From a virus (Duplodnaviria; Caudoviricetes): 32,780 nt of DNA. Location: positions 1 to 32,780 of IMG/VR virus record IMGVR_UViG_3300005067_000004; one strand, 5' to 3'. The notes under the pieces were generated by a model. That model saw only the letters and a program-made list of their open reading frames with translations. It was not told the DNA's origin and made no database searches. The position numbers and the translations under genes were made by a program. The first letter of the stretch is position 1; every line of letters starts with the position of its first letter. Positions 8,797-16,905 of this stretch are shown here, in pieces.

Positions 8797-9228
8797 ATGA
8801 AAATCAAAACTATGGTTAATTTTAAGTTGAGAAACAATGCTCCTTTGATGCTCAAAGGTATTTATGACGATTCAGAAGAGCCGTTTCCCAAAGAGATTTA
8901 TGAAGAAATTGAGCGAAATAAAAGCGGAAAGAGGCGGACGCTGGTGATTCTTGAAGATGGCAAGCCTAAGAAAGTGCCAGCGCCCGCACCCGCTTCAAAA
9001 CAGATGGAAATGCTCGACAAGAGTGCTGAGATTCAGACAGTTGAAACAGAAGAGAAAGCTGAGGAGACGAAGCCAGAAGCTCAGGATTCGACTGAATCTG
9101 TTGAAGTAGAGTCAGACACTACTAAGAAAAAGAAACGCACTGCAAAGAAGCGTACCACGACTAAAAGCACAACAGCTAAAAGCACTACAAAGAAACGTGC
9201 TCCAAAAAAGAAGAAAACTGACGAATAA
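8797..9228 (+). CDS. Hypothetical protein with acidic linker and Lys/Thr-rich tail
   Basis: SD AAGGAG before ATG 8797 (track start is 8776); low-complexity basic C-terminus. Confidence 0.65.
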   Translation: MKIKTMVNFKLRNNAPLMLKGIYDDSEEPFPKEIYEEIERNKSGKRRTLVILEDGKPKKVPAPAPASKQMEMLDKSAEIQTVETEEKAEETKPEAQDSTESVEVESDTTKKKKRTAKKRTTTKSTTAKSTTKKRAPKKKKTDE

Positions 9229-9251
9229 TATTTTTCTGGAGAATATTTAAA

Positions 9252-9668
9252 ATGCCCACTTATCGTAATGACAGCAACGAGACATTAGCTTTAATTAATA
9301 CGAATGGGGCACAGAAGTACGTCAAGCCGGGGTATTCTATTGAGTCTTATATTCATTATGATATTTCCGGCTTGACGAAAACTGCTGCTTCTCCTTACTA
9401 TAATCCTGTATATGCTTCCACTCATATTTTATCTGGTGAGCAGGAAGTAAATATAAATGCGAATACCAAAACTATTGTGTTGTTAAATGATTCGGACACA
9501 ATTGATGTGGATGTGTATTGGGATTCGACTGAAAATACTCCTGCAACACCTCTTACAAAAGGCACTTGGAATTTTCCTGATATACAAGACAAGGTTCAGA
9601 AACTTATCTTTTCCTATTCTGGAGAACTTTCTTCAGGTGAATGTATGTGTATCCAAATGGGGGTGTAA
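9252..9668 (+). CDS. Hypothetical virion protein (138 aa)
   Basis: SD GGAG; co-directional and tightly packed; beta-rich composition. Confidence 0.6.
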   Translation: MPTYRNDSNETLALINTNGAQKYVKPGYSIESYIHYDISGLTKTAASPYYNPVYASTHILSGEQEVNINANTKTIVLLNDSDTIDVDVYWDSTENTPATPLTKGTWNFPDIQDKVQKLIFSYSGELSSGECMCIQMGV

Positions 9669-9670
9669 TC

Positions 9671-12064
9671 ATGAAACGCCCCATTTTTCAAAACGGCTCA
9701 CGGAATATTATCTATGACGGGCGTATCACTCGTGCCCGTTTTAGGAATAATGTACTTGATAGTTTATTGCCTTCTTTTGCTCCTGCTGTAGGATTTGTGC
9801 TCGGCACCCCTGCTTCACTATCCGCCGCCATCGACGAAACCTCCGGCGGCATCCTTCTAACCGCCTCCGAAGTCACCGGCGCAGACTCCTACACCTACTA
9901 CTACAGCGTAGACGGAGCCGCATACACCGAAGCAGCTACCGGCCAGGACACAACCTACACTTTCACGCCCACCCAAGCCGGAAGCTACAGCTTTGGCGTC
10001 ACGGCGGTCAAGGGAAGCAGCGAAAGCGCCATGACAACGCTTACGCCATCGGGCCTGTTTACTGATGTGCCGGATTCCGAGGGCATTGCGCTGATGGCTT
10101 TTGCTGAGGCTACCGGGTGGGAGGCTTGGACGGACAACACGAACTGGATGACTGATTCGACGGTTGGTAACTGGTTCGGCGTGACGGTGAGTGGTGGGCA
10201 TGTGACGGATATTGATCTTGTCAGCAATAATCTCTCCGGCGCAGTTGGCACAACACTTGATGGCCTATCCCTAACCGCTCTTGATCTGACCGGGAACATC
10301 CTCACTGGCAAAATCCTGATAGCCGATCCCGGCACATATCGTATGGAAACTGAAGATGGGGCGGCGGCGATTTATGCAAGTGAAAACGATTTGTCCGGTT
10401 ACACGTCACACTTAATCAGAGCTATTGATTCCAGCGGTAACGAGGCAGAAGCGTATGGGTATCAGGCTGAAGATACTATTACAAACTTGCTGCCGTATTC
10501 TAATGATTTTACTTCATGGGGTGTGGTAAGTGGTGTAATACTTGCAGCGGCAACAGCCCCGGACGGCAGCAATGACGCTCACTCTGTGATAGCTAATACC
10601 GACTTTATCCGGCATAGGATATATGAATTTTTAGACCTTGATCAAGTAGACGCTTACACATTTTCCATTTACATCAAAGCCGGAGAGTCGGCTGATTGTT
10701 TGTTTGATTTGAACGCAAATAGTGATCCAGACGCCGGGGTCAGCGTTATTGTTGATTTAAATGCAGAAACAGTAGCTATTGAGGATAATAGAGTTAACAC
10801 AACTGGGGTGTCTGTTGATCTGGTTTCGTATTCTAATGGCTGGTATCGTGTGTCAATTAGCACTACCCAACTTAACACTACAAATGCGGGTGATTTAGGG
10901 CCAATGATTTACCCCACTGGCTCTGATAATACCGAGGCGGGCGACGGTGAATCTCGAGTATATTTGTGGGGGGCGCAGCTTGAACAAGGCACAAAGCCTC
11001 ACTTACTCGTTGATACAGATGGTGCCTCAGCATCTATAACCACCGCACTCCAGCTCCGCAGCACCTCCGACGGCACAACCCGCAATCTGACCAGCAAAGA
11101 CGCAGGGTTTGACCCGAATAACATCGCAACGATTGAGATTGAGTGCTTAACAGCCCCTCAGTTTGCAGACATTGAACCAGATGAGTCTTATGCTCTTGAA
11201 GCTTTCTACACAGCTACAGGTGGCGATGCTTGGACGGATAATACTGGATGGGATGGAAATACTGCTGGTGATTGCTTTGGCGTAACTGTTGTGGATAATC
11301 ATGTCACTGAGATTAATCTAAATAACAATGGTCTCTCCGGCGACATATCCGACATCACGCTTGCCGAACTCACCGGGCTTGTCCTGCTTGACCTTGATGG
11401 CAATGCAAGTCTGACCGACTCCGGCGACTATGACGACACCATTTCCGATCTGCGAATTTCCGCAGTTGACGGCACGGCGTTTCTGGACGCTTGCGCTGCA
11501 ATTACCGGCTATGCCGACGGAGCGCATCAGGTGCGGGTGTTTGACAGCAGCAACAGGCTGTTGACGGGTGTGCTGGCGGCGCAGGGGAGCGGGGAGACGC
11601 TGGGGAGTGAGTTGGTTACGGACGGATCATTTGATGAGCCCTGTGGGGTAAATTGGGATTGTGGGGCAGGATGGACAATTTCAGGTGGCACAGCAAACTG
11701 CGATACAGAATCTTCACCTCAGATAATCCAAAGTGGCTCTTATACTGCTAAGGCTCTTTATAAAGCGGCATTTTTTATTCCATCTTATACATCTGGTCGT
11801 GTGCGATTTAATTTTGGTGCAGGCAACACTACTGCATTGGCCTCCGCAACCGGCGCATATTCGTATAATAAAACAATACAATCGAATAATATAGTTGTGC
11901 AAGCATATATCGGGTTTGTTGGGTCTGTTGATGATGTTTCAATCAAACAAATCCTCACACCCTCAACCTCCGGCGCAACCATCGCAGATGACACGCTGAC
12001 CGCACAACACAGCAGTTTCGTTTTCAATGAATCTTCGTACCGAGTCCAGGTGAAAGCATTATGA
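9671..12064 (+). CDS. Mosaic fibre/adhesin: FN3-like domain plus two units of LRR N-cap/LRR and carbohydrate-binding-like insert
   Basis: FN3-like 'GADSYTYYYS...YSFGVTAV...ES'; two copies of 'AL.AF..ATG..AWTDNT.W......G..FGVTV...HVT.I.L..N.LSG'; inserts starting 'NLLPYSNDF' and 'ELVTDGSFD'. ATG 9671 follows the upstream stop (track start is 9641). Confidence 0.75.
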   Translation: MKRPIFQNGSRNIIYDGRITRARFRNNVLDSLLPSFAPAVGFVLGTPASLSAAIDETSGGILLTASEVTGADSYTYYYSVDGAAYTEAATGQDTTYTFTPTQAGSYSFGVTAVKGSSESAMTTLTPSGLFTDVPDSEGIALMAFAEATGWEAWTDNTNWMTDSTVGNWFGVTVSGGHVTDIDLVSNNLSGAVGTTLDGLSLTALDLTGNILTGKILIADPGTYRMETEDGAAAIYASENDLSGYTSHLIRAIDSSGNEAEAYGYQAEDTITNLLPYSNDFTSWGVVSGVILAAATAPDGSNDAHSVIANTDFIRHRIYEFLDLDQVDAYTFSIYIKAGESADCLFDLNANSDPDAGVSVIVDLNAETVAIEDNRVNTTGVSVDLVSYSNGWYRVSISTTQLNTTNAGDLGPMIYPTGSDNTEAGDGESRVYLWGAQLEQGTKPHLLVDTDGASASITTALQLRSTSDGTTRNLTSKDAGFDPNNIATIEIECLTAPQFADIEPDESYALEAFYTATGGDAWTDNTGWDGNTAGDCFGVTVVDNHVTEINLNNNGLSGDISDITLAELTGLVLLDLDGNASLTDSGDYDDTISDLRISAVDGTAFLDACAAITGYADGAHQVRVFDSSNRLLTGVLAAQGSGETLGSELVTDGSFDEPCGVNWDCGAGWTISGGTANCDTESSPQIIQSGSYTAKALYKAAFFIPSYTSGRVRFNFGAGNTTALASATGAYSYNKTIQSNNIVVQAYIGFVGSVDDVSIKQILTPSTSGATIADDTLTAQHSSFVFNESSYRVQVKAL
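10231..11342 (+). repeat. 11-bp direct repeat TCTCTCCGGCG bounding a 1101-bp (367-codon) tandem unit
   Basis: Copies at 10231-10241 and 11332-11342; a second shared word GCTTGGACGGA lies at about 10124 and 11228. Confidence 0.75.
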
Positions 12065-12678
12065 AAACCAAAATAGCCCAAAACTACATACTCCAAGAAG
12101 ATCGTGGTGTCCTGCTTCGCACCGGCGGCCCCGGTACGATCATTGTCACATCAGACGATGAGCCGGAGCCCGTGGAGATAGATAGCTTTGAAGAGACTGC
12201 TCGCCACATCGGCAAGCTGCGACTCAAACCTATCGAGCAGCTACGGGTACGCTCGCAATCTGGCGAAGTGGATAACGAGGCTACGGAAGCGGCGATCCAG
12301 AGCCACTATACGGATCACTATGCTGTGCTTGAAGGGCTGGCAGTGGAATGGGAAGTGGGGCTGAAATGTGAGCGAGGGCAAGCAGAGCCGATCATCTATG
12401 ATGGCAAGCTCTATAATGTCAATATTACGCATACCGTAGTTGACCCGAACCATACACCTGACATTGTGGAGAACCTATATACTGAAATCCCGGCCCCGGC
12501 AGGCAGCGGTTATCCGGTCTGGTATCAGCCAGCGGGCGCTCATGATGCATGGCATTTAAATGACCGGGTTGAGTGGCCAGAAGGCGGGCAAGTCTGGCAA
12601 TGCACCGGCACGGATGCAGGCGGCAACAATGTTTGGGAGCCGGGTGTTTACGGCTGGACTAAAATCGAGGATCTATAA
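12061..12678 (+). CDS. Protein with C-terminal CBM5/12-like (chitin-binding type) modules
   Basis: 'IIYDGKLYNVNITHT...HTPD' and 'WYQPAGAHDAWHLNDRVEW..GQVWQC...NNVWEPGVYGW'; ATGA overlap with the upstream gene. Confidence 0.75.
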   Translation: MKTKIAQNYILQEDRGVLLRTGGPGTIIVTSDDEPEPVEIDSFEETARHIGKLRLKPIEQLRVRSQSGEVDNEATEAAIQSHYTDHYAVLEGLAVEWEVGLKCERGQAEPIIYDGKLYNVNITHTVVDPNHTPDIVENLYTEIPAPAGSGYPVWYQPAGAHDAWHLNDRVEWPEGGQVWQCTGTDAGGNNVWEPGVYGWTKIEDL

Positions 12679-13061
12679 TGTTCACACTTCCTTGGAACAA
12701 ACCTCCAAAAGGCCGACATGCTTACTGGTTCGAGATCGAGCATTTGCTTAGACCGTACGCGCACCAAGGCTTGCCACATGCTTGCAGCGATTTAATTTAT
12801 TTACTCCCTGATGACCCGGCAGCACTGATCAGGCGAAGCGGAGCAAACAAGCTGACCCCGATCCCGGATAAGCGGGACTGCAATCATTTTGTTGATGCGC
12901 TGCGGGGTTGGCTGGCTAAGAAAGGCTGGGGCGTATTTTGCGCTCATGTAAGGTTATACGATCATGCAGTTGCGGGGTTTATCAGGGGTGGGCGGCTTGA
13001 GCTTTGGGATGTGTGGTTGGTTTGCAGGATTGACGGAGAGATACAAGGACTGTGGGCATGA
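12678..13061 (+). CDS. Putative papain/transglutaminase-fold cysteine protease (agglutinin C-terminal/MOA-like)
   Basis: 'D.IYLLP', 'RDCNHF', 'DHAV', 'LWD' give a Cys-His-Asp order like that fold. Confidence 0.55.
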   Translation: MFTLPWNKPPKGRHAYWFEIEHLLRPYAHQGLPHACSDLIYLLPDDPAALIRRSGANKLTPIPDKRDCNHFVDALRGWLAKKGWGVFCAHVRLYDHAVAGFIRGGRLELWDVWLVCRIDGEIQGLWA

Positions 13062-13258
13062 CACCCGAAACCCGCTCATACCTGCGGCAATGCCGAAACC
13101 TGCTGCTGAAAATAGCGGCGGCGGTAAAAGCAGAGCGGGTAAGCAATGATCCGTTACGGCACATACAGCTACAGTGCTATGCTGATGAGATTGGCGGGAT
13201 GGTTGACACGCTGATTGAAGCTGAAGATACGATGGAACATTTAAGTGTGTGGGCATGA
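13051..13258 (+). repeat. 11-bp direct repeat TGTGGGCATGA flanking the 66-aa gene
   Basis: Copies at 13051-13061 and 13248-13258; both genes end in W-A-stop. Confidence 0.8.
13058..13258 (+). CDS. Hypothetical helical protein (66 aa)
   Basis: ATGA overlap at 13058-13061 (track start is 13052); no motif recognised. Confidence 0.6.
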   Translation: MTPETRSYLRQCRNLLLKIAAAVKAERVSNDPLRHIQLQCYADEIGGMVDTLIEAEDTMEHLSVWA

Positions 13259-13281
13259 TTCCACAAAAGGAGTGTTTATAA

Positions 13282-13707
13282 ATGACTGTTGAGTGGGCAA
13301 CTGTACTTTTCGCGAGTTTAGGATCTATTGGGGGTGGGGCTATTGTATTAGCTGGCGCGTTTGTTGCTTGGGGAAGGCTTACTCAGCGGGTCACTAATTT
13401 AGAAATACATCAAGCTTGCAGTAATGGAAAGCTTGATAAAAATAATGAAAAGGATGGTGAGATTATTTCCAGACTACAAGGTGTTGAGGCCAGATGTGTG
13501 GAAAGAGAAACAGCATTTGCAAAAAACAATCAGGATCATGTTGAAATATTTGGAAGATTACACGCACTTGAAATTGGACTTGCTTCTCTGCCAGGACAGA
13601 TGTCAGATCGCATGAATAAGGACTTAAAAGAGTTTAGGAAAGATTTAGCAAAAGATATACGCAATGTTGTTCTTGAGTTTTTTGAATCAAAGGAGCATCC
13701 AAAATGA
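13282..13707 (+). CDS. Membrane protein, N-terminal TM plus coiled coil (holin/antiholin-like)
   Basis: Hydrophobic N-terminal segment ending 'AFVAWGRL'; directly upstream of the endolysin; SD AAGGAG. Confidence 0.6.
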   Translation: MTVEWATVLFASLGSIGGGAIVLAGAFVAWGRLTQRVTNLEIHQACSNGKLDKNNEKDGEIISRLQGVEARCVERETAFAKNNQDHVEIFGRLHALEIGLASLPGQMSDRMNKDLKEFRKDLAKDIRNVVLEFFESKEHPK

Positions 13708-14204
13708 AGGCGTCCCAATTATCATTAAGTAGGGACTACCCATTTTTTCCTGAATTAATTGATTATGAAATACCGCTTGAGTGTATTGACAGTCGGGTAA
13801 TTACAACGTTGCAAGCAGTAAGATATGTTCTTCAGCAGCCCATTTATCCAAGTCCTAACGTGCAAGGATGGGTGCGATTAGACCCTAAATATTCTACTTC
13901 CAGGCATTATGCGGGGAATAGGTTATCGGACGCAGGGGATATTTTTCCAGAGAAAGGCTATTGTGTAGAGTGTTGGATACGTATGCAGCAGATGAAGCAA
14001 GTGGGTGGATTCGGATTGTATTTGGACACAAGGGGCACTGATGGCACTTATTGGCCCATGCTTCACTTTGACTTGCGTCCGGGCACTCGTATTTTCTGGA
14101 TACGCAAAAATAAAAAATACCATTACATGCATTATAATTCATTAAAGTTTTGGCAGCTTTTATCTGAATTGATTAAACAAGATATGGAGTTTAGAAATGC
14201 TTGA
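13704..14204 (+). CDS. Peptidase M15-family endolysin
   Basis: Zn ligands 'SRHY....SDAGD' and 'LHFDLR', plus 'GGFGLY'. Confidence 0.8.
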   Translation: MKASQLSLSRDYPFFPELIDYEIPLECIDSRVITTLQAVRYVLQQPIYPSPNVQGWVRLDPKYSTSRHYAGNRLSDAGDIFPEKGYCVECWIRMQQMKQVGGFGLYLDTRGTDGTYWPMLHFDLRPGTRIFWIRKNKKYHYMHYNSLKFWQLLSELIKQDMEFRNA

Positions 14205-14754
14205 GTTACAGCCACTTGATGTTGTGTGCTCCACATACATAGCTGAGAATGATCCTGACGGCCCGAATTATTTGCAGTCTGTCTTTTCGTGTGGCATTCG
14301 ATGGACACAATGTATGAACGATGTTGATGGAAAGGCCCATTATACACATACATTTGTGATTACAGATAAAAACGCTACTACGTTTGAGGCGTTATGGACG
14401 TATAAACAACAGAATCTATTTGATGCGTATAATGGACAAGAGGTACTGATAGGAAGATGCAATTCCATTTCAAATAGTAAAAAGCTATATGCACTGTATT
14501 CGATCAGAGAGCAATATGAGGGGTTACGTTATCCTGGTTTAAAATTACCTTTGTTTTTATTTGCACCAAGACTTCTTAAATACATACCTGGAAGACCCGT
14601 GTGCAGTGAATTGACAATGAGAGCACTATATGAGGCTGGTGTAGTAAATCATTGGCGTGGAGTAACTCCTTCATACGTGGCAGATATGATACGTAGATGG
14701 AAAATATTTGACACTGTATATGAAGGCTTTCTTTCTAAGGAGGATTTTAAATGA
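14197..14754 (+). CDS. Permuted papain-like NlpC/P60 amidase (YiiX/YebB, C92-like)
   Basis: 'LQPLDVV', 'YTHT', 'TFEAL', 'G.RY', 'VCSEL', 'VTP', with His before Cys. Confidence 0.75.
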   Translation: MLELQPLDVVCSTYIAENDPDGPNYLQSVFSCGIRWTQCMNDVDGKAHYTHTFVITDKNATTFEALWTYKQQNLFDAYNGQEVLIGRCNSISNSKKLYALYSIREQYEGLRYPGLKLPLFLFAPRLLKYIPGRPVCSELTMRALYEAGVVNHWRGVTPSYVADMIRRWKIFDTVYEGFLSKEDFK

Positions 14755-14936
14755 TGGAAAACATTTTTTCGTGGCTATTTGAGAATAAGGAAATAGTTGG
14801 GGTGGGGATTGGTGCAGTTCTTGCTACAGCAGCAGGGTTTATTCCAAATAAGTATTTGTCATACATACGTTTAGCAAAACGTCTGTATTCAAACGTGAAA
14901 ATCGCAATTGCAAAAGCAAAGGAGAAAAAGAAATGA
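14751..14936 (+). CDS. Small membrane protein, holin-like (61 aa)
   Basis: One hydrophobic segment and a basic C-terminus; ATGA overlaps on both sides. Confidence 0.55.
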   Translation: MMENIFSWLFENKEIVGVGIGAVLATAAGFIPNKYLSYIRLAKRLYSNVKIAIAKAKEKKK

Positions 14937-15358
14937 AAAAATGGATTGTTATTCTGTCTTTTGTGCTTTTTTGTTTTAGTATTACTGGATGTAACAAAGA
15001 TCAGCTTGCTATAACAGCTATTGATTCTGCGTCAATGCTTGCAGGGGCTTTTCTTGCCAAAGAGCATCCTGAGATTGTGGATAATGCCCTTAAGTTTCAA
15101 GAGCAGGTAGAAGCAAATGATGTAGATCCCGCTCTCATTAATTATGGTTTAAAATGGCTTGCTGATTATGAGGTAAATCCCCTTATTATTCGACAAATAT
15201 TGATATTAGCAAAAGATATGGGGGCTACAGTTGATTTTGAAGATGGAAAGATTCTTGGGGTATTAAATGTAAATGATGAGTATATTGCAGTAGCAATTGA
15301 TGGTTTTTTTGAAGGAATACGTTTAACAGCATATCCAGAAGGAGAAAATGCACAATGA
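14933..15358 (+). CDS. Lipoprotein (141 aa)
   Basis: Signal peptide 'MKKWIVILSFVLFCFSITGC' with a lipobox-like ITGC. Confidence 0.75.
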   Translation: MKKWIVILSFVLFCFSITGCNKDQLAITAIDSASMLAGAFLAKEHPEIVDNALKFQEQVEANDVDPALINYGLKWLADYEVNPLIIRQILILAKDMGATVDFEDGKILGVLNVNDEYIAVAIDGFFEGIRLTAYPEGENAQ

Positions 15359-15753
15359 AAAAATTGCTAATTGCTCTGGTTTTGAGTTTATTTTTTGTTT
15401 TTCCAGTATGGGCTTCTGATCTTGTATGGGATTTAGATGAGTATCATGATCAGACAACGGGATTTACTGTATATTACACGGATAATGTTGAGCAGTACAA
15501 TTTCACGTTTTTAAAAGAAGAAGCTGAAATTCGCGAAACCACAGTCGCTTTTGTTGATATTGAAGACAGACTTAATCTTCAATATGGGGTTTTATATGAT
15601 TTTACATTAACACGGTATAATGCATCTGGAGAGTCAGATCCCAGTAATACTGTTACATGGGGAAGAGGAGACGGATATGTCCCTCCTACAAACCACCTGC
15701 CAGAGCCTGTTTCATCAACTCCCTCTGGCGCAAATAATCTCTCTGTACAGTAA
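15355..15753 (+). CDS. Secreted FN3-like domain protein (132 aa)
   Basis: Signal peptide ending 'VWA'; 'LVWD...TGFTVYY...YDFTLTRYNASGESDPSNTV'. Confidence 0.72.
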   Translation: MKKLLIALVLSLFFVFPVWASDLVWDLDEYHDQTTGFTVYYTDNVEQYNFTFLKEEAEIRETTVAFVDIEDRLNLQYGVLYDFTLTRYNASGESDPSNTVTWGRGDGYVPPTNHLPEPVSSTPSGANNLSVQ

Positions 15754-15766
15754 GGAGAAATGAGAT

Positions 15767-16231
15767 ATGCCTATTGCCAATCTTGAAGAATATATTGCGC
15801 AAACACAACTTGCACTGTCTGATTTGAATTCATATTTGACTGAGACTCAAATTGAGTTTGCAATCACACAAGCAATAGATGAGCTTGAATTAACGTATCC
15901 TATTGCAGATGGTGCTCTTCGTTTTTGGGCAGTGCAGAGGGCAAAACGACATGCGATGGATCTTCTCAAGACTGCTGCTGCGTATAAATTCAAATACAAG
16001 CAGATTAATCTTAATCAACGCTTTGATCATTTAAGCAGACAAATCTGGCAGATGGATCTTGATTTCAAATCTGCGATTAAACAAGATCCCACATTATTCG
16101 GCATTGATGCGTATAAATTGTTTGGCACATATTTAGGAAATGGTTTTGTCTATGATCGTGAAGGAAACGATATAACGCGAATCATTGAGGATGCTGGAAT
16201 CGACAACGAAGGGTATAGATATCTTAGATAG
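15767..16231 (+). CDS. Probable head-tail adaptor
   Basis: Helical 154-aa protein at the start of the neck gene block; positional. Confidence 0.55.
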   Translation: MPIANLEEYIAQTQLALSDLNSYLTETQIEFAITQAIDELELTYPIADGALRFWAVQRAKRHAMDLLKTAAAYKFKYKQINLNQRFDHLSRQIWQMDLDFKSAIKQDPTLFGIDAYKLFGTYLGNGFVYDREGNDITRIIEDAGIDNEGYRYLR

Positions 16232-16245
16232 GAGCGTGTTAAGAT

Positions 16246-16905
16246 ATGGCAGGTCTTGGAGTAGATATTGCAGAAGTTTTTACAGAGCTTGGTTCTACGG
16301 TGGAAATTTATAAACATGCAACTGGAGAAACTTATACGGAATATATTGATTCTGAGCAAGACACAACAAGAAGCTCTCCCTTTGATAGCCACTTTATGAA
16401 AATCTGCTCTTTTCCGTATAATACCCATGCTACTCCTGGTGATTTGATTTCTTTTACTGATTATGACCCAGTTGATAGATTCCTACTTGTATCACAAGCT
16501 CCTGAAGTATTTGAGAAAGAAATTATTTCCAAAGAAGGAATTTTATATAAATGTAATGCCATTGTTGAGTTTAAGCGAAAAGTTGAAGTGCGCAATCCAG
16601 TAACGTATGAGTTGTCTCATGAATGGCAAACACAATATTCCGGTGAATATGTGTTGTTTACAGGACAACTCTCAGATATGCGTGTGAGTGATGAGAGGTA
16701 CGGAACAACGATCATAGATAAAAATTTGATGTATGTCTCTGCGGATATTGAAATAGAAACTGCTGATCGTTGTGTTGTCAGTACATCATTCAATGTAGTT
16801 AGTGGAGAAATAATAAGTGGTGAGATGTATTCTATTGATTATTTTGAAGAGCATCGTCTTCCTGGAATAAAGATTTGTCGTGTGAGTGAGGACACAAGAG
16901 GATAA
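16246..16905 (+). CDS. Probable head closure/stopper protein
   Basis: Beta-rich, apparently two barrel-like halves ('TPGDLI', 'IETADRCV'); second gene of the neck block. Confidence 0.55.
   Translation: MAGLGVDIAEVFTELGSTVEIYKHATGETYTEYIDSEQDTTRSSPFDSHFMKICSFPYNTHATPGDLISFTDYDPVDRFLLVSQAPEVFEKEIISKEGILYKCNAIVEFKRKVEVRNPVTYELSHEWQTQYSGEYVLFTGQLSDMRVSDERYGTTIIDKNLMYVSADIEIETADRCVVSTSFNVVSGEIISGEMYSIDYFEEHRLPGIKICRVSEDTRG

Noticed and set aside
9716-9742. Hairpin GACGGGCG...TGCCCGTT as a terminator
   Set aside because: It lies inside a CDS, with a short stem and a poor U-tract.
9671-12678. Diversity-generating retroelement or shufflon acting on the adhesin
   Set aside because: No reverse transcriptase, no template/variable repeat pair differing at adenines, and no invertase or inverted cassettes in the window.
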